Positions 11,901 to 24,776 of a stretch of 64,000 nucleotides of DNA are shown here, in pieces. The stretch is taken from the IMG/VR virus record IMGVR_UViG_3300021379_000006, positions 53,830 to 117,829 of that record. One strand, 5' to 3'. The DNA comes from a virus. The notes beneath the pieces are model-generated. The model saw only the letters and a program-made list of their open reading frames with translations. It made no database searches and was not told the origin of the DNA. Position 1 is the first letter of the stretch. Each line of letters opens with the position of its first letter. The position numbers were made by a program, and so were the translations under genes.

Positions 11901-12583
11901 TCAACATCAAATGTTTTATTTAAATTTTGCTTACCCTTATATCTAGCCTTCTTAGCAGACCAGTCTCTAAAGGTTCCATCCATTAGACCATCTTCATTAG
12001 CATCTTGTTTACTAAAAAGCTTACCATATGCATCATCAAGTAAATATGCAGCGCCAAGTAAATTACCTCTTCTCGGTGTAGGTGGTAAATACAAAGCATG
12101 CGGTATATTATTTTCTTGACCAAAAAGAGGACCCGTTCCTTTGTTTACCCCACCATAAGCCATAGACGGCATTGCTTCAGATTGCATCAATTGTTGACCA
12201 GCTTGTTCTGCCATCATATCCAGTTCCTCTGGTGACATTTGTTGTTGACCCATTGGAGCTTGTGGCATCATAGCTTGTTGTGGTTGCTGAGCTTGCGCTT
12301 GTTGCTGAGCAACCATATCCTTTTCTAAAAGCTCAACTTTTTGAAATAATTCTACAACAGCATCTGGTGTAAATCCTAGATGCTCAAGAGCACTACTCAT
12401 ATCATTAGGTTGAACACCACCTTGGGACATGATTCTGTAGATAACCTCCTCTATGGCAGCACCTTCTGAGGCCATTGCTTCAATCTGGTTAAAGATTTCT
12501 CTAACCTCTGGGCTCATGGCTCTATCTCCTGACACTGAAGTTTGAGTATTTAAACTTTTTTTATTTGAATTTGTTGCTTGCAT
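8969..12583 (-). CDS. Modular virion cargo protein (1204 aa) with zincin-like and toxin-like modules
   Basis: GG/LPKAQ linkers; DELAH...FEGEAH segment; C-terminal DPLRH...HE...DMYNNFLG segment. Confidence 0.65.
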   Translation of the reverse strand: MQATNSNKKSLNTQTSVSGDRAMSPEVREIFNQIEAMASEGAAIEEVIYRIMSQGGVQPNDMSSALEHLGFTPDAVVELFQKVELLEKDMVAQQQAQAQQPQQAMMPQAPMGQQQMSPEELDMMAEQAGQQLMQSEAMPSMAYGGVNKGTGPLFGQENNIPHALYLPPTPRRGNLLGAAYLLDDAYGKLFSKQDANEDGLMDGTFRDWSAKKARYKGKQNLNKTFDVDYGNLDPSNYVVNFNDFAEGNIRTRDQYTNDLLLNSRVDFDPEANDYKSAIASNDLERKMIGKNNRVSGISLARFMENIDNMDLEEKQMLLGAKDYPSGTGLINTGNQYSSYNIAGDKALSDMYRRTMLGETENDQPLPAMISSNTPERSVVQIPPVDDTQEGSNDGFKDWYVANATSPRLMGLNEAQLRQIYEQESQFKYGGSTLPKAQYGLVDLLNWGNSALGGSDTYWNDGWLDGKEGLIPDELTFNKPTKRQLETAGALLTSPKNWVWTDDDGYESLPNYNQYADKDEAFAAARNDLGRGESFLYGDTRYTTNYKDEAPDNETEELLKRATKGLSDEEAKRYREVWQRAGQPPLTLGLDNERFSVPFYGDAGWLDAATGSNRRRAHVNPINRDNIVYLGRAGMTDEQIREKIIDELAHNLQIRRDGTLNSLLRFGKGAFREWRDPAQEYDPYDDTNAFEGEAHEVIQPKLSDYVYKGGSFPELKYGSELPKAQFGPPYNWSGGSGMGGAYFDQTALDDVAEEFDRPLAMPVVGLNPKEVDLSSLTSEAAMPELRNIDLSAYSGNQTTEQPTVTRRRQLKNIPKQISTFIQDNPYMQAYGDVSNFAVMGANFANEFFAEQDYFNYKNELRNSTMADRIYRAVENPANKRGTFDVNTGLAEPDNLVDYYAPAMYGKEMYKKGGEFEPHMMYDPESGKGYKAKVPADHERMAKMGYLHKEEMQNGGDPPEENYSDLKYAYNKGNLLGYLEDQVDNSLGSMRYDFPYTKEQQMIIDDIDGAQDELYRYEDRLMRIHDYDKSKFTDEEIAELNRLTEIWETKKNSDAYKSLEALMEFRDINSDPLRHGYSSAVTAQTIADKAGAYIPFSDYLPHDEIIGAIGANILGAGHEASAFGKDERPFMTKAKESGMDMYNNFLGSIIGATTNTPEEAAALVTEAVRQGYTSAGKIEREYGGELEVDNDTLAALIAAGADIEML

Positions 12584-12620
12584 AATATATTATTAATATA
12601 CAAATAATTCAGCAGAATGC

Positions 12621-15600
12621 CTAATTATCAGCGTCTTTCATCTTACTTAATACGTTGGTCATTATGTAATTAGGAATGCTCATTTTTGCATTCTTTGCTT
12701 CTCTATAATACTTTCTATTAATCTTATCATATAGCTTGCTTGCAGGTTTTTGCATGATAGTTCCATCATAAACCCCATCAATATAATCTTTATAAATCTG
12801 CAAATTATTAGCCATCTCACCACCTTGTTCCATTCTATCAAATTGATCAAAGGTTAAGAAACGCGCATTACTCTTTACTCTTGAAGCATAATTATCTCTC
12901 TTATTCCATTTTGTTGGAAGATAAGCCCACATGTCTTTCTTCTGAGAAGTTGTTAATTGTTCATTGTATCTAATACCAAGAACAGTTGCAGTTGCTATTG
13001 CAGCTTTTTCAGGATCTAAAAAATCCATATTAGATGTTATACCAAGCTCTGCTAATGCTTCTTTTTCTTTATCGTTTAGATAACTCCAACGCATTTGAGT
13101 ATAACCAACACTTCTAAAATCTTCACTAGCTCCATATGTGGTTGCTTTACTTACAACATCCGGAGAAGATGCATTTTTAGAGTCCATCGCTTTACCGGCT
13201 GCTCTCATAATATTACCTCCTGTAGAATGTGTATCACCAAAGTTGGATTCTGTTCCATATATACCGAATGCCATCCTTGCAATTTGATTATAAGTATCAC
13301 TTGATATTTGGGCAACCTTCATTATTCGTTGTTTATTATCTACAAGAGCATTAATAAAAGGTTTGGTTGTATTTGTAAGTTCTTCTTCATCTGTTGTATC
13401 TGAGGTAAGCAAATCACCTATTCCTGTTTCATTAAACACGTTCTCTCTAAATAATGACTCATCAAAATTTGCTTTGATTGGTTTATATGTTAATGTGTTA
13501 GTGCTGTAGTTAGCTCCTTGCCCTTTTTGTTCTCTACCTTTTTCATCTGTGTATTGTAAATAACTTTGTCTGTTATCTGCACTCACTCTTAAAACAGCTT
13601 TTCCATCTACAAGCTCAAAGTAATTCCCTTCATCTTCTGGTAAAATATATACAGGAGTTCCTATGGGAAGATCCATATTATATAATGCTTGTATATCTGT
13701 ACATTTACCATTAATACATCCGTTAGAACTTCTATTATCATCTAAAGTTTCATTATCAAAAAAAGGAATTCTGTAGTCAGGTGCTCCATGTAGTGCTGTA
13801 CCAACAACTTCACCGCGCTCATTCATTAATGTAAATGATGGCGCACTATTATAATATGCATCACTTGTTGGACTTGATGATGCTATTTTATATCTACCTG
13901 CACCTGTAGAAAGATTACCTTTGCTCCAATCTGTTTGCCAAGAACCGTTTACTTTGTCTGCATCTGTGATAATACCATCATTGTTTTTATCAACGGCTTT
14001 TGTTGTAGTTTGTGCATCTCCAGGATTAACTCCCATTTGTACTTCAAAATCCATAACAGGAGTATCTCCTTGATATAATTTTAGCCGTTGTGTTTTCTTA
14101 TCAATTACGACATACTGCTCATTAGGATTTTGCAATGCTTGAGCTTTGATGATTATATTCTCATCTGTTGTGCTGTTAATATCAGCTCTATTTGCTTCAA
14201 GCTTATCTATATCAATCCAAGATTCTTCTTTTAATGATTTTTCTTCAATGTAATTACTAGGCAATTGTAATTTTTGATTTACAATAATTAAGTTGGGATT
14301 ACTAATGTTATTTAACTTAGTAAGAACATCTACACTAGTACCATATTTTTTAGCAATCTTACCTAAAGTATCACCAGACTTAACTCTATAAAAATCATTA
14401 GAAGATTCTTTTTGTGTTTCTTGAGCTGCAGCTTGTTGTTCTACAATCTTTGGAACCTGAAGCTTTTGATTAATCTTAATAAAATTAGGATTAGATATGC
14501 TATTCAAAGCAGCAATGTCATTTACAGTAGATCCATATCTTTTAGCTATCTTACCAAGTGTGTCTCCGGATTTTACGGTGTAAGTATCATATTGTTCACC
14601 ACCATCTTGAAGAGTTCTGTAGCCGTTAAAGATTCCTTCGCGTTTTAATTTATTAGTGCTTTCACGGAAACTTTCTCTATCACCAGCCTTCTCAACATTC
14701 TTATGACCTTGTAACCAAAGATCTTCTAAAGACATTTTACCATCAGCAAAATCTTTAAGAACTGCTTTTGATTGAATTAAATTTACTAAGAACGCTGTGT
14801 ATTGTTGCTCTGGTGTTAATTGATCTGCAGAAGTTGCATTTAAAATACCAGGATCCACTTCAAGCCCCATAGAATCAGCTACAGTTTTATATCTATTTTT
14901 AAATGTCTTAAAAGCAGGACCTTCAAACTGGAACATTCCTCTAGCAGGACCATCTTGGGCCTGTTTCATTTTAGGATTCATTGTATGCCAAGATTCATGA
15001 TAAGCAACAGTATCAGCAGCCTCACCCCACATGTCTCTTGTGCCACCACGAGTTTGTACTAGATAATCTAATGTATTATTTAGATCTAATATATTACTCT
15101 TAGGTTTTTCTTTTTTAACTGGAGTAGGTGCAACTTCTGTAGTATATCTGTCTCCGTACCACATGAACTGATCTTTACCATCTTTTCTTGCTGCTGCAAA
15201 AGCTTGATCAAATGTTCCGGCATCATCATATGTATATACACCCCAGTTCATTGGGTTTGCATAATCAAGCCAAGATGTCTCACCTCTATTTTGATATGAA
15301 GGTAATTTACCACCTTTTTGTTCTTGTAATGCAGAAGCTCCTAATCCAGCAGCACTTATAGCAGGACCTATCATATTTTTAACTCCTTTAGTTAAACCTC
15401 TCAGAGCATTAAGACCACTAATTTTGTCAACACCTGCAAATTCAAAATTTGTATTAATAGGATCTATTTCACCAGGAAAAGCTCTACGCATTTGAGGACC
15501 TTCATACCTAGGAGCAGTAACTGTAGTTTCAGCTAGCATACCATCATAGTATATAGGATCTTCTTTTGGATACATATCTCTTACAGCAAGTGGTAAATAT

Positions 15601-18600
15601 TTACCACCTTGAGCTTTGGGTAGTGACCCGCCATATTTTTTATTTGCTCTTGCTTTTCTATAATTATCAATAGCGAGCCTGTTCTCTTTAACAAAAGCCG
15701 CATCTTCAGGTCCTATTTTTTTTCTAAAGTTTCCTTCTGAAGTCTCATATATGTATTCTCCAGTTTGTTGATTTAATATTCTACTATAAATATCCATAGT
15801 AGGTACTGGAGTAGCTTTTACAGTTTTAGTTACCTCTTCTTTTACTGGAGTATTTTCTACTACAGGTTTGGGTTGAGATGTAGGTTTAGTTGGTAAAGGA
15901 GCTACTGTTTTAGTTGCAGAAGGTTTAGTACCTGTAAATACAGGTTTTACAGTAGGACGTTCATATTGATATACTGTTATAGGATTTCCAGCCTCCCAAT
16001 TTGCTTCGGGATAATAGTCATAAGCATATACATTACCGTTCCCTCCTATATAATTACCTCTAGTACCTTGAGCTACTCCTTCACCTACATAATAATCATA
16101 ATTAGAAAGTACACTCGGTGGAGGAAAAAATGTTACTGAAGATATAGGAGTATTATCTTTGTTAATCAAAAGATAATCATTAAGACTTAAGGGAATTCTA
16201 TTTTTCTCTACTATATCAATATCAGAAACTTTATGAATAAATGAAGGAGTCTCCATAACATCTGATGCAAATGTACCCGTCATAGGAACAATGTCCCCCC
16301 TTTTATAAGATTTCCCGAAGTTAGCATCTGGATTATTAAATACGCTATCGTGCCCTTTACCCCAATCAAGTACAGTATTACCTTGACTCGGTAGACCATC
16401 AGAATATTCTGTTATATCTTTAGTATAAAGACTTGGATCATCTAATGCTTGAATTACGTCATAAAGATTTTGAGCACCCACCTGATGTGCCGCCAAACTA
16501 TCATTAAACATAGCATTACGATATTGATATTCATCCCAATCATCAAAACCTTTTTCACCATGGCTGTACAACATATTATTACCGGTCCAGGTACGAGTCC
16601 AGGTTGGACCTTTACCGCCGCTCTGAGCTTTAGGTAATTGACCGCCTGTTTTAAATAACTGTATGGTTTCCCAAATATTTTGTACTGGTATAGCACCATC
16701 TCCAGCAACACCTCTTTCATCGTATCCTTTAAAGTGTTTTCTTAAATTGCTGACATAACCATTTTGAATTTGCTTCAAAATATTTTTAGTTTTATTATCC
16801 AAACCTCTAAGCTGAGATATTTGCGCATCCGTAAATGTAGAAGCATTAGGTGGTGCTCCTAAAAGCGGAAGTTTATTTGCTAATTCATCATATTCAAAAT
16901 ATTCCTTATAAGTTAGATCAGGATATTTTTCTTTAAGTCTAAAGTAATTATCAAACCCAGCACTTACTTTCTCTGATTGTACTTCTGTAGGAGCTGCATA
17001 CCATGTTTGATCGTCAAATCTTCCTGGGTTTTTAGATTTTATTGGTTCTTTTAGATTTTTAAAAGTTAGATTTGCAGCTTTGTTTCTACGCAAGCCTTTC
17101 CAGTTATACGAATTTATTAAGCTTTGTATATCATCACTTTGAGAAAAATCAAAATTTTTATTTGCAAAATATGGAGAATAAAAAGGATGCGTATTATAAT
17201 TATAATCTAAATCAGGATCATATGTGATCATTCTATTCTTCCATCTTATTCCACCAGCAAGTCCTTTACCATCATTAGACATTATAGTCTTTTGTGGACC
17301 ACTATGACCAAATTCATGTGCAATAGTCTCTCCAATTGATTTAGGCTTTCTATAGTAAAAACCATAATTTCGCATAGTCATAGGACGCTCGCCATCTATA
17401 GCCACACCAGCATAAGTACCTCTATCAAAATTTAATGATTCTCGTTGTGCTGGTGTTAAATCAAAATTTCTTTTTCCAACTCTTGAGTCAGTTAATACAG
17501 GCTGTTCCCAAAATGCTTTTTTTGCATCTGGTGTTAATCTACGTTGTATTGGAAAATCAAACCACTTACTTGCATTATTTAAAAGACCTGGTCTTAAGTT
17601 AACACCATCAACGCTCATATAAGCTTTTGCAAAATCATCACCAATACGAGCCATTTCATCTTGTTTTGCTGCAATAGCTAATCTTTGACTTTTTGTAATA
17701 GGAAAAGTCTCAAAAAATGGACGTCCTGATCTAATATCTTTAATCCCTCTTTTTATTCCTGTTTTATAATCTAGAAGCCATGCATCTCCCAGAGCAGATT
17801 GCCTCTGCATCCATTCATCAAAACCCATTCTAGGTTGAGTTGGTCGTGGAACAAGTTGAGTGTTTATCCCAGATATAAATTGAGTTGGTGGTTTAATATA
17901 TTTAAGACCAAGAATATCTAATAAACCCGTACCTGCATTAAATGCAGCATCCGCGTATTCTCCTCTTTGAATCTGACCTGGTATCTCAGGAGCACGATTT
18001 AATGCAAAGTCTGTAGCAAAAGTGCCGCGCAATAAAGTATTTGCAGTTATACCAGGTACTGTTGTTGATCCTACAGTAAGTGGAGCGTTCAAAAGATTAC
18101 TTGCTGTAGTGCCCGCTCTTACCATAGTTGGAGTAGCTGCTCTATAGCCAGCAGCAAGACCTCCACCTATATTTCCAGCAACTCCTGCAACAGGTATAGT
18201 CATGACAGTAGCTAAAACAGGATCAACTATCCTGTGAACTTCATCAGCCATTGTAACTTTATCCTTACCTATCCTAGCTTTTCTACGTGCAGCTCTAGTC
18301 ATAATGGGAGCAGTCCAGCTATCCTTGCTAAAAAACTCACCGTAATTTGGTCCGGTTTGATTAAACCACTCTTTTTCTTGTTCAGTTAAATCGTTATAGT
18401 AAGGATATTTATTATAATCAACTCTACCATCAATTTCAACTGAGGGAAGAGTAATCCAAGGGTTGCCTGTTTGCGGATCAACATGAACTAAATTACCACT
18501 ATACTTAGCGGCGTTATACTCACGAGATCCTGGTTCTACAAGTTCTATCTCACCATTACCTTCTTGAGCCATTGGCACTTCAAATACAGCATTACCTGGG

Positions 18601-18794
18601 AATACATAATCATAACCCGGCATCATCAATTTGGTGTTGCCTAGGTTATCTGTCCCCATAACAGGAAAGTCTACGCCCTTCATTGTAATATTACCCGAAG
18701 GAATAATATTATATGGGTTGTTTACATCTGGAGAGTTTCTTTTGTAACCCTCTGTAGAAAACTTCTTACCTGTTTTTGTAATGTTCTTTTTCAT
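12621..18794 (-). CDS. Modular virion protein (2057 aa): zincin, lysozyme-like, 2x LysM, L,D-transpeptidase (YkuD), second lysozyme-like domain
   Basis: AHEFGH; YHES...ARGMFQF; [17 protein letters not shown] and [17 protein letters not shown]; [14 protein letters not shown]...LHG...SNGCIN; GTESNFG...VGYTQ. Confidence 0.8.
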   Translation of the reverse strand: MKKNITKTGKKFSTEGYKRNSPDVNNPYNIIPSGNITMKGVDFPVMGTDNLGNTKLMMPGYDYVFPGNAVFEVPMAQEGNGEIELVEPGSREYNAAKYSGNLVHVDPQTGNPWITLPSVEIDGRVDYNKYPYYNDLTEQEKEWFNQTGPNYGEFFSKDSWTAPIMTRAARRKARIGKDKVTMADEVHRIVDPVLATVMTIPVAGVAGNIGGGLAAGYRAATPTMVRAGTTASNLLNAPLTVGSTTVPGITANTLLRGTFATDFALNRAPEIPGQIQRGEYADAAFNAGTGLLDILGLKYIKPPTQFISGINTQLVPRPTQPRMGFDEWMQRQSALGDAWLLDYKTGIKRGIKDIRSGRPFFETFPITKSQRLAIAAKQDEMARIGDDFAKAYMSVDGVNLRPGLLNNASKWFDFPIQRRLTPDAKKAFWEQPVLTDSRVGKRNFDLTPAQRESLNFDRGTYAGVAIDGERPMTMRNYGFYYRKPKSIGETIAHEFGHSGPQKTIMSNDGKGLAGGIRWKNRMITYDPDLDYNYNTHPFYSPYFANKNFDFSQSDDIQSLINSYNWKGLRRNKAANLTFKNLKEPIKSKNPGRFDDQTWYAAPTEVQSEKVSAGFDNYFRLKEKYPDLTYKEYFEYDELANKLPLLGAPPNASTFTDAQISQLRGLDNKTKNILKQIQNGYVSNLRKHFKGYDERGVAGDGAIPVQNIWETIQLFKTGGQLPKAQSGGKGPTWTRTWTGNNMLYSHGEKGFDDWDEYQYRNAMFNDSLAAHQVGAQNLYDVIQALDDPSLYTKDITEYSDGLPSQGNTVLDWGKGHDSVFNNPDANFGKSYKRGDIVPMTGTFASDVMETPSFIHKVSDIDIVEKNRIPLSLNDYLLINKDNTPISSVTFFPPPSVLSNYDYYVGEGVAQGTRGNYIGGNGNVYAYDYYPEANWEAGNPITVYQYERPTVKPVFTGTKPSATKTVAPLPTKPTSQPKPVVENTPVKEEVTKTVKATPVPTMDIYSRILNQQTGEYIYETSEGNFRKKIGPEDAAFVKENRLAIDNYRKARANKKYGGSLPKAQGGKYLPLAVRDMYPKEDPIYYDGMLAETTVTAPRYEGPQMRRAFPGEIDPINTNFEFAGVDKISGLNALRGLTKGVKNMIGPAISAAGLGASALQEQKGGKLPSYQNRGETSWLDYANPMNWGVYTYDDAGTFDQAFAAARKDGKDQFMWYGDRYTTEVAPTPVKKEKPKSNILDLNNTLDYLVQTRGGTRDMWGEAADTVAYHESWHTMNPKMKQAQDGPARGMFQFEGPAFKTFKNRYKTVADSMGLEVDPGILNATSADQLTPEQQYTAFLVNLIQSKAVLKDFADGKMSLEDLWLQGHKNVEKAGDRESFRESTNKLKREGIFNGYRTLQDGGEQYDTYTVKSGDTLGKIAKRYGSTVNDIAALNSISNPNFIKINQKLQVPKIVEQQAAAQETQKESSNDFYRVKSGDTLGKIAKKYGTSVDVLTKLNNISNPNLIIVNQKLQLPSNYIEEKSLKEESWIDIDKLEANRADINSTTDENIIIKAQALQNPNEQYVVIDKKTQRLKLYQGDTPVMDFEVQMGVNPGDAQTTTKAVDKNNDGIITDADKVNGSWQTDWSKGNLSTGAGRYKIASSSPTSDAYYNSAPSFTLMNERGEVVGTALHGAPDYRIPFFDNETLDDNRSSNGCINGKCTDIQALYNMDLPIGTPVYILPEDEGNYFELVDGKAVLRVSADNRQSYLQYTDEKGREQKGQGANYSTNTLTYKPIKANFDESLFRENVFNETGIGDLLTSDTTDEEELTNTTKPFINALVDNKQRIMKVAQISSDTYNQIARMAFGIYGTESNFGDTHSTGGNIMRAAGKAMDSKNASSPDVVSKATTYGASEDFRSVGYTQMRWSYLNDKEKEALAELGITSNMDFLDPEKAAIATATVLGIRYNEQLTTSQKKDMWAYLPTKWNKRDNYASRVKSNARFLTFDQFDRMEQGGEMANNLQIYKDYIDGVYDGTIMQKPASKLYDKINRKYYREAKNAKMSIPNYIMTNVLSKMKDADN

Positions 18795-21700
18795 TATCTA
18801 ACTGACATATTTAATTTGGTTCCAATAAGCTTTAACAGCATCTTTCTATCTCCAGACTTATTTTTTCTCAACAATACTTTATTATAAGCATGTCTAAATT
18901 TCTTATGTTGTATTTGTTGTTTATTGTAATTTAAGTTGGCAAGGTTTAAGTCTTTAATATAACCATTTATTTGTGTAATAAACTGACTTTGCTCTGCATT
19001 GCTAAACTCACCTCTATCTTTAGTAATGTCCCAGAATTGATTAAATCTATACTTCTGTTCTTCTTTAGAGTATAGTATTCTAATATCATTTGGCCCTACA
19101 ATAGGATATTGGATCATTGCATACGGATCTTCTTTTGGATTTAGCTCTAACTTAAGTAGACCAGATATTTGTTCTGAATTATATACGATAGCTTCATCAA
19201 AGTTAAAATCAAGATCATGCCATCTGTCATCAGCACAACCATTAATTAAATCTCCTTTGTATACATACGCCTCTAATTGATATTCTAAGTTTCTAAGAGT
19301 TGTTACACTTGCCCCTGTGTTTTCTATAATCTCAACTTCCCATGGATAATCTTTTCCATAGAAGTTGCTATACAAATCACATCTATAATTGTGTCTCCAA
19401 ATACCTCCTTTATCTGCAGCATCTGCACTTGTCTTAGTAGTAAAGAAATGATTGATGCTACCCATAACTAATTCTGGGTGCCAGTCATGGAATGAAATCC
19501 ATCCTCCAATCTTAGGATCATACGAAACTGTCCAAGAGGCATTTTCAAAATACCGTGGATCACCAATGTCAATTTGTACACCTCTGGCTTCTGGATTAGC
19601 TCTATACACAAATCCATCATTTTCAAATGATACTGTACCTCTTATTAAATCTTTAAGTTTAAAATCTTTCTTACTAAAGTATACTATATCAAAATTAGGA
19701 TCATAAATTGCCTGACAACCAATGCCAATAACTGGATTATCTGAAAGTTTACTTCCTTCTAATTCTGGATACTGACGTACTAAAACAGATGGTAAGTATT
19801 TATTAAACCATTGCTTCATTCCTTTATTTGCAATGTTTTCTAGCTTCCCTGTGTAGTGGAATATCTTACCCTGTGCTTGAGAAATATAGAATATACCAGA
19901 TGGTGTATTTACTACAGCACGTGCACTTTCGGATGAACCATATTCATTAGATGAATCTGAGTTAACAATATTTTGGAAAGGTTGACTAAATAGACCACCA
20001 TCACCTATTGTAAGTTTAGTACCAAGATCAGTTTGAAGTTGATCCACCCCTTGGAACATTTGAGGTGATTGATAAGGGAAGAAAACCAAAGCTCCATTCT
20101 TGCTAATTGGTTTAATCACATTAACCTTATTCTTGAAGTCTCTATAGTTATTCGGTAGGAATACTCTCCAAAAATCTTTCTTACCTTCTTCCTGAGCCTG
20201 TAAAGAGTATATCAAGCGTTTTGGATATTCTTGGTAACAGTTTTCTGCTATTGTAGGATCATAGTCTCTTGGTTGTACGCTACCAAATGAAGAAACCTGT
20301 GTCACAAATTTAGATATGCTTAGTGACAGATCATACTTGTAGAAGTTTCCTGCATTAATGATATCTGCATGGAACATATCATCCACATTTGTGTATTCGT
20401 ATTTATCATAGTGACGCTTATCATTACTATCATCCCAATCTCTTTGAGCCAAGTTGTATTCTGATTCTACAAAGAAATCTTGAATACCATTGACATGAGT
20501 ATACATATAGGCATACCTCATTGAAAATAAAGGATTTTTATCATCAATATTCATTGACTGAATACCAATTGCTGTAGGATAACAAGAACTATTACCTCTA
20601 TCTAAATAGAATAAATCATTTGGTAATATAGAATTCTGAGGATTATTAAATAATATATTGCTAGCCCCAAGCGTAGTTATTTGAGTGGCTAACTCTGTCA
20701 TATCAAATCTTCTAGTATCCATCCAATATCTAGGATATGGTATGTTTATATTTTGCAAATAATCAAAAACATATTCATCTGGTTGACCATTTAAGAAACG
20801 GGTGAATATTGGCATCACAGTTTTCTCTGTATACCTATTAATATAAGTATCACCAGCAAATATTGAACTAGAAGTAAATGTTGTATTTGGTGTGGTTGGA
20901 GAAACAAACTCAACACAACCTCTCATCTGAACTTGCTTTATACCATCAAGTTGGCCATATTGATTTTCAAACTCAAACTTAAGTGCACCATACAATGCAG
21001 AAATAGGTTTTACTTGCTGTTGTTCTGGTCTTAATAAATATTTATTACCAAAACTACCACCAGCATCACCACCAATTGTATATCTAGATTTATCTATGAC
21101 AGATGGATTGTCTAATTCTTCTTCTGTTCTTAATGCAACAGTCATTGGCCTAAACAAGTTATTAATCTTGTAGTCTTCAAACTGTTGAAAAGCGCTGCCT
21201 ATATAGTTAGAATTTAAATTCTTTGTTCTGAATAATTGAGAAGATAATCTCTTTTTATAGTTCTGATAAAAACCATGCGAGTTATGCTTAAATGCAAAGT
21301 TCTCCTCATCTACAAGATTATATATAAGGTCAACAATTTCATTACCACCTTGTATAATGTTGTATCTGGCTATCATAAGACCAAAGATACCTTGTATAAA
21401 CTTTGGTAAAGCTCCAGTAGGATCTTCAATACTATATCTTGTCATTAATTTACCAGAATCAATACCAGGAGAACTTTTTGCTATAATTCTATTTGCTCTT
21501 TGACCCGCCTCCATGTTTGCCCTAGTGCTAGCATTTCCAACAAGAAGATCACCTAAAGCAGCTGCATCATCAAGCAAAAAGTTTTGTATAAGATTCCAGA
21601 TACTACCACCAGCAAATGCAGCACCTATGGTACCACCAAAACCAGCGATACCTGCCAGCGAACTATACAGCGTTGCCCATGTACCACCGGTAAGATGTGG

Positions 21701-23890
21701 AACGCTTGAACCAACACCTGTACCCAATGCACCACCTTCAGCATAATTTTCAGCAACAAGATTCATATTAACACTTGTTCCTGTAAGTTCATTAGATTCA
21801 TTACCTCTAATTCTAGATATAGCATATCCAACACCAATAATGCTAGAAATAAAAGCAGTAAAGTTTCTTAGTAGTTTATGCTTAGGATGATTTTCTGATT
21901 CAATAAAATGCCCTAAAGATTGACCATCAAGTTCACCATATATTCTAGTTTCATATGCATTTAAGAATGGTCTTCTAAACATTAATTCAGGAGAATGGAA
22001 TGTAAAATAATCTTTTGTGTATCCTCTCAGTGGTTCAAAATCATTAAGTGATTGTGTAAAAGTATCACAACCATCTGTTCTATGTGTATCTGGATCTGCT
22101 TCTCCGTCATGGAAGTATACATCCGCTCTAAGATCATTGTAAGGATAGTTTGGATATAAACCTTTATCATTACCTAAAGTCTGACCACCATCTGGTATAT
22201 CATAAACACGCATGTTTCTAAATATACCTTTAGCAAGAATAGACTTATGACCTTCCCTTGATCCTCTCAATATTTCGTATCCTACAATATTTTCAATAAG
22301 ATTTCCATCATTGTCTACAGGTGGTTTAATATCATAAAATTCAACACCTAGTATTCTAATTTTAGAACCATTATCTGCAGAAATTTCTAATTGAGATCCA
22401 ACTTCTTCTGTTGGCATCTTATGATGTCTAATATATTTACCACAAAGATTACCCCATATTTCAGGTTCTGTTGCTGGATATTTTTCTGTTGATTGCCAAT
22501 AAGCCATCTCACCTTTTGCAATAATTGTCCCTCCATCTCCAGTTGGTATATTTAAACCAAGCTGTGTAATAGATGCTGTATTATATACTTGGAAATTTTG
22601 CTCATCTGAGCTTAATGCATTATCACTAAGATTTGTTGCTGTTTCGTTTATGACATTACCCCATGGAGTTATACCATTTGTTTTAGGTGGTCTACCCGGA
22701 ATATGATATGAACTAGATCTTTCACCTGTATTATATATCCATCTAATAAAAAATGCATACTGTTCATCACGCATGAATCCTGTTTTATTACCACCTTTAT
22801 AGTAGTATTCAGAATCGTACTCTGCAACAACCCATCTAGATCTTATTTGATTGGCTAGAGGTTGATAGTTAAAATCAAATTGTTCAACCGGTCCTTGTCT
22901 AATTAAGTAATCATTCACAACATACATTGCTTCAGACTTCTCATAAGCAGGAGATCTTAATGGTAAAACATTTAGTGGCACACTGGTCAAAGATTGATCT
23001 ATGTAATCAATTTCAATATCAGATTGCTCTGTACTGTATAAACCTATTTTTTTGGCTACTTGTTGTTCTTGATTGTTACTTAAGATTACTAGCTCGTAGT
23101 ATTCAAACTCTTTATCAAGATTACTAAGAGTTATTCTTAAAGAACCAGAAGTACCATTATGATCAAATAATGACTGAACATTAGAAATACCAATATAGTC
23201 TGTGACTTTTTGCTCATTGACTGTATATGCAATAAAGGCTTGGTAAGAACCATTTCTCAATTGACCACCACTTTCAGATTTTGCTAGCGTAACACAAGGT
23301 GTATCTAATAACGGAGCAAGTCTTAATTTCTCACAATCTAATTCGTTAGTGTCTTCATATATAATACAGTCATCACCACGGTCAGATACAATAATTTGCT
23401 TCCACGGAACATTATCAATATTCATTGTTCTTGATGGGTTGTGACCATCATCCCAATATATTTGCCAAGTACAATCAAAATTTTCTTTTGCTGCACCTGT
23501 AATAAGGTGTTTTCTGTTAAAGCCTAGACAAGGATCATTTACTAAAGTTGTATACTCACACTTACTATCATCAAATAAACCAATCTCAGAATTAGTGTCA
23601 TCTGTACTATAAATAACCCACTGGTCTCCATATCTATGTATTGCTCCTATAATTGTGTATGGAGCAGATGCACACAATAGATTTCCTGGTTCATTTCCTA
23701 TGGTTGCTAAATCACCATCAACTGAATTATTAATGGCATTGCGGGCGTGAAACCAATTTTCTTTTGTATGAAGAGAGGCATTAGTATCCTTTACCATCCC
23801 TTTAATAAACATTCTTACATCAGTTGATGAAGTGTTTTGAAAGCGTGGTTGTTTTGATTTTCGTGACGTAGCTCTTCTTTTCTTTGCCAT
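18794..23890 (-). CDS. Tail muzzle/stabilisation protein (P22 gp10-like in crAss-like phages)
   Basis: 1698 aa beta-rich; KGMVKD N-terminus and WTVSYDP...WISFHDW motif; follows two ring genes. Confidence 0.75.
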   Translation of the reverse strand: MAKKRRATSRKSKQPRFQNTSSTDVRMFIKGMVKDTNASLHTKENWFHARNAINNSVDGDLATIGNEPGNLLCASAPYTIIGAIHRYGDQWVIYSTDDTNSEIGLFDDSKCEYTTLVNDPCLGFNRKHLITGAAKENFDCTWQIYWDDGHNPSRTMNIDNVPWKQIIVSDRGDDCIIYEDTNELDCEKLRLAPLLDTPCVTLAKSESGGQLRNGSYQAFIAYTVNEQKVTDYIGISNVQSLFDHNGTSGSLRITLSNLDKEFEYYELVILSNNQEQQVAKKIGLYSTEQSDIEIDYIDQSLTSVPLNVLPLRSPAYEKSEAMYVVNDYLIRQGPVEQFDFNYQPLANQIRSRWVVAEYDSEYYYKGGNKTGFMRDEQYAFFIRWIYNTGERSSSYHIPGRPPKTNGITPWGNVINETATNLSDNALSSDEQNFQVYNTASITQLGLNIPTGDGGTIIAKGEMAYWQSTEKYPATEPEIWGNLCGKYIRHHKMPTEEVGSQLEISADNGSKIRILGVEFYDIKPPVDNDGNLIENIVGYEILRGSREGHKSILAKGIFRNMRVYDIPDGGQTLGNDKGLYPNYPYNDLRADVYFHDGEADPDTHRTDGCDTFTQSLNDFEPLRGYTKDYFTFHSPELMFRRPFLNAYETRIYGELDGQSLGHFIESENHPKHKLLRNFTAFISSIIGVGYAISRIRGNESNELTGTSVNMNLVAENYAEGGALGTGVGSSVPHLTGGTWATLYSSLAGIAGFGGTIGAAFAGGSIWNLIQNFLLDDAAALGDLLVGNASTRANMEAGQRANRIIAKSSPGIDSGKLMTRYSIEDPTGALPKFIQGIFGLMIARYNIIQGGNEIVDLIYNLVDEENFAFKHNSHGFYQNYKKRLSSQLFRTKNLNSNYIGSAFQQFEDYKINNLFRPMTVALRTEEELDNPSVIDKSRYTIGGDAGGSFGNKYLLRPEQQQVKPISALYGALKFEFENQYGQLDGIKQVQMRGCVEFVSPTTPNTTFTSSSIFAGDTYINRYTEKTVMPIFTRFLNGQPDEYVFDYLQNINIPYPRYWMDTRRFDMTELATQITTLGASNILFNNPQNSILPNDLFYLDRGNSSCYPTAIGIQSMNIDDKNPLFSMRYAYMYTHVNGIQDFFVESEYNLAQRDWDDSNDKRHYDKYEYTNVDDMFHADIINAGNFYKYDLSLSISKFVTQVSSFGSVQPRDYDPTIAENCYQEYPKRLIYSLQAQEEGKKDFWRVFLPNNYRDFKNKVNVIKPISKNGALVFFPYQSPQMFQGVDQLQTDLGTKLTIGDGGLFSQPFQNIVNSDSSNEYGSSESARAVVNTPSGIFYISQAQGKIFHYTGKLENIANKGMKQWFNKYLPSVLVRQYPELEGSKLSDNPVIGIGCQAIYDPNFDIVYFSKKDFKLKDLIRGTVSFENDGFVYRANPEARGVQIDIGDPRYFENASWTVSYDPKIGGWISFHDWHPELVMGSINHFFTTKTSADAADKGGIWRHNYRCDLYSNFYGKDYPWEVEIIENTGASVTTLRNLEYQLEAYVYKGDLINGCADDRWHDLDFNFDEAIVYNSEQISGLLKLELNPKEDPYAMIQYPIVGPNDIRILYSKEEQKYRFNQFWDITKDRGEFSNAEQSQFITQINGYIKDLNLANLNYNKQQIQHKKFRHAYNKVLLRKNKSGDRKMLLKLIGTKLNMSVR

Positions 23891-23894
23891 GGTC

Positions 23895-24776
23895 TTATCC
23901 TAATGTAGGTCTGCTTTTAAACATATTGTAATACTTGTGGTATTGCGCTTTTCTATTAACTTCCCACATTTTTCTCAATTCTTCAAAGTCTGGTGTATTG
24001 ATAAAACTTAATGCATTGTTTCTCGCAGCTCTGAGTCTCTGTTCTATTAATCCCATTTGATTACCAACGGGCTCTCCAGCAAATAACATATTTTCTAGTA
24101 TGCGTTGCTTAAGAGCATATTCATAATATTCATTGCAATATGGGTGATCCAATACTAAAAGATTACCTTCAGTATCTTCCATAGCGCCTTGGTAATTAAT
24201 ATATACTTTACCAGTCTTAAAATTGGTTTTTAGAAATCCATCTTTGATTTCAGCAATCATATCAGACCTAACATTCAAGTTAGGACAATCACAAGTTTGA
24301 TCATTAACGGTTGTAATACGTAATGGAGCAAACGCAGTGTAAGTTCTGTATTCAGAAGATCCTGTTTTTTGTACAAGCTTATACTCCACATTATCATCAC
24401 AGTTAGTAAGAACACAAACATTATCACAATTTGGATCTGATTGCAAACCTTTCATACCAGGGTCTGGTACATAGTCTACAGATACATCTTCAATGTGAGT
24501 GCCAGATGGCATCTTTTGTTCAATAGTATATTCACTGCAGATAAAAGCATAGTTTAAAGAAGCAAAGTCGTGCGGCAATCTTGCCTTGTTATGTTCTATA
24601 TCAAGAACAACTTGTTTAGTTCTGTTAATTCTAAGACCTAAATCATAATTAACTCTTGTTGCTACTTTAATTAGTTGTGCAGGATCTATCATACCCTCTA
24701 GAGCATAACTAGCAAAGTCAATGGAAACATCTTCCATCAAACTGTCAAACGTTCTATATTTATGTGATACTGCCAT
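23895..24776 (-). CDS. Tail ring/tubular protein
   Basis: Synteny; ARLPHDF and LLVLDHPYCNEYYEYALK resemble adaptor/ring proteins. Confidence 0.65.
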   Translation of the reverse strand: MAVSHKYRTFDSLMEDVSIDFASYALEGMIDPAQLIKVATRVNYDLGLRINRTKQVVLDIEHNKARLPHDFASLNYAFICSEYTIEQKMPSGTHIEDVSVDYVPDPGMKGLQSDPNCDNVCVLTNCDDNVEYKLVQKTGSSEYRTYTAFAPLRITTVNDQTCDCPNLNVRSDMIAEIKDGFLKTNFKTGKVYINYQGAMEDTEGNLLVLDHPYCNEYYEYALKQRILENMLFAGEPVGNQMGLIEQRLRAARNNALSFINTPDFEELRKMWEVNRKAQYHKYYNMFKSRPTLG

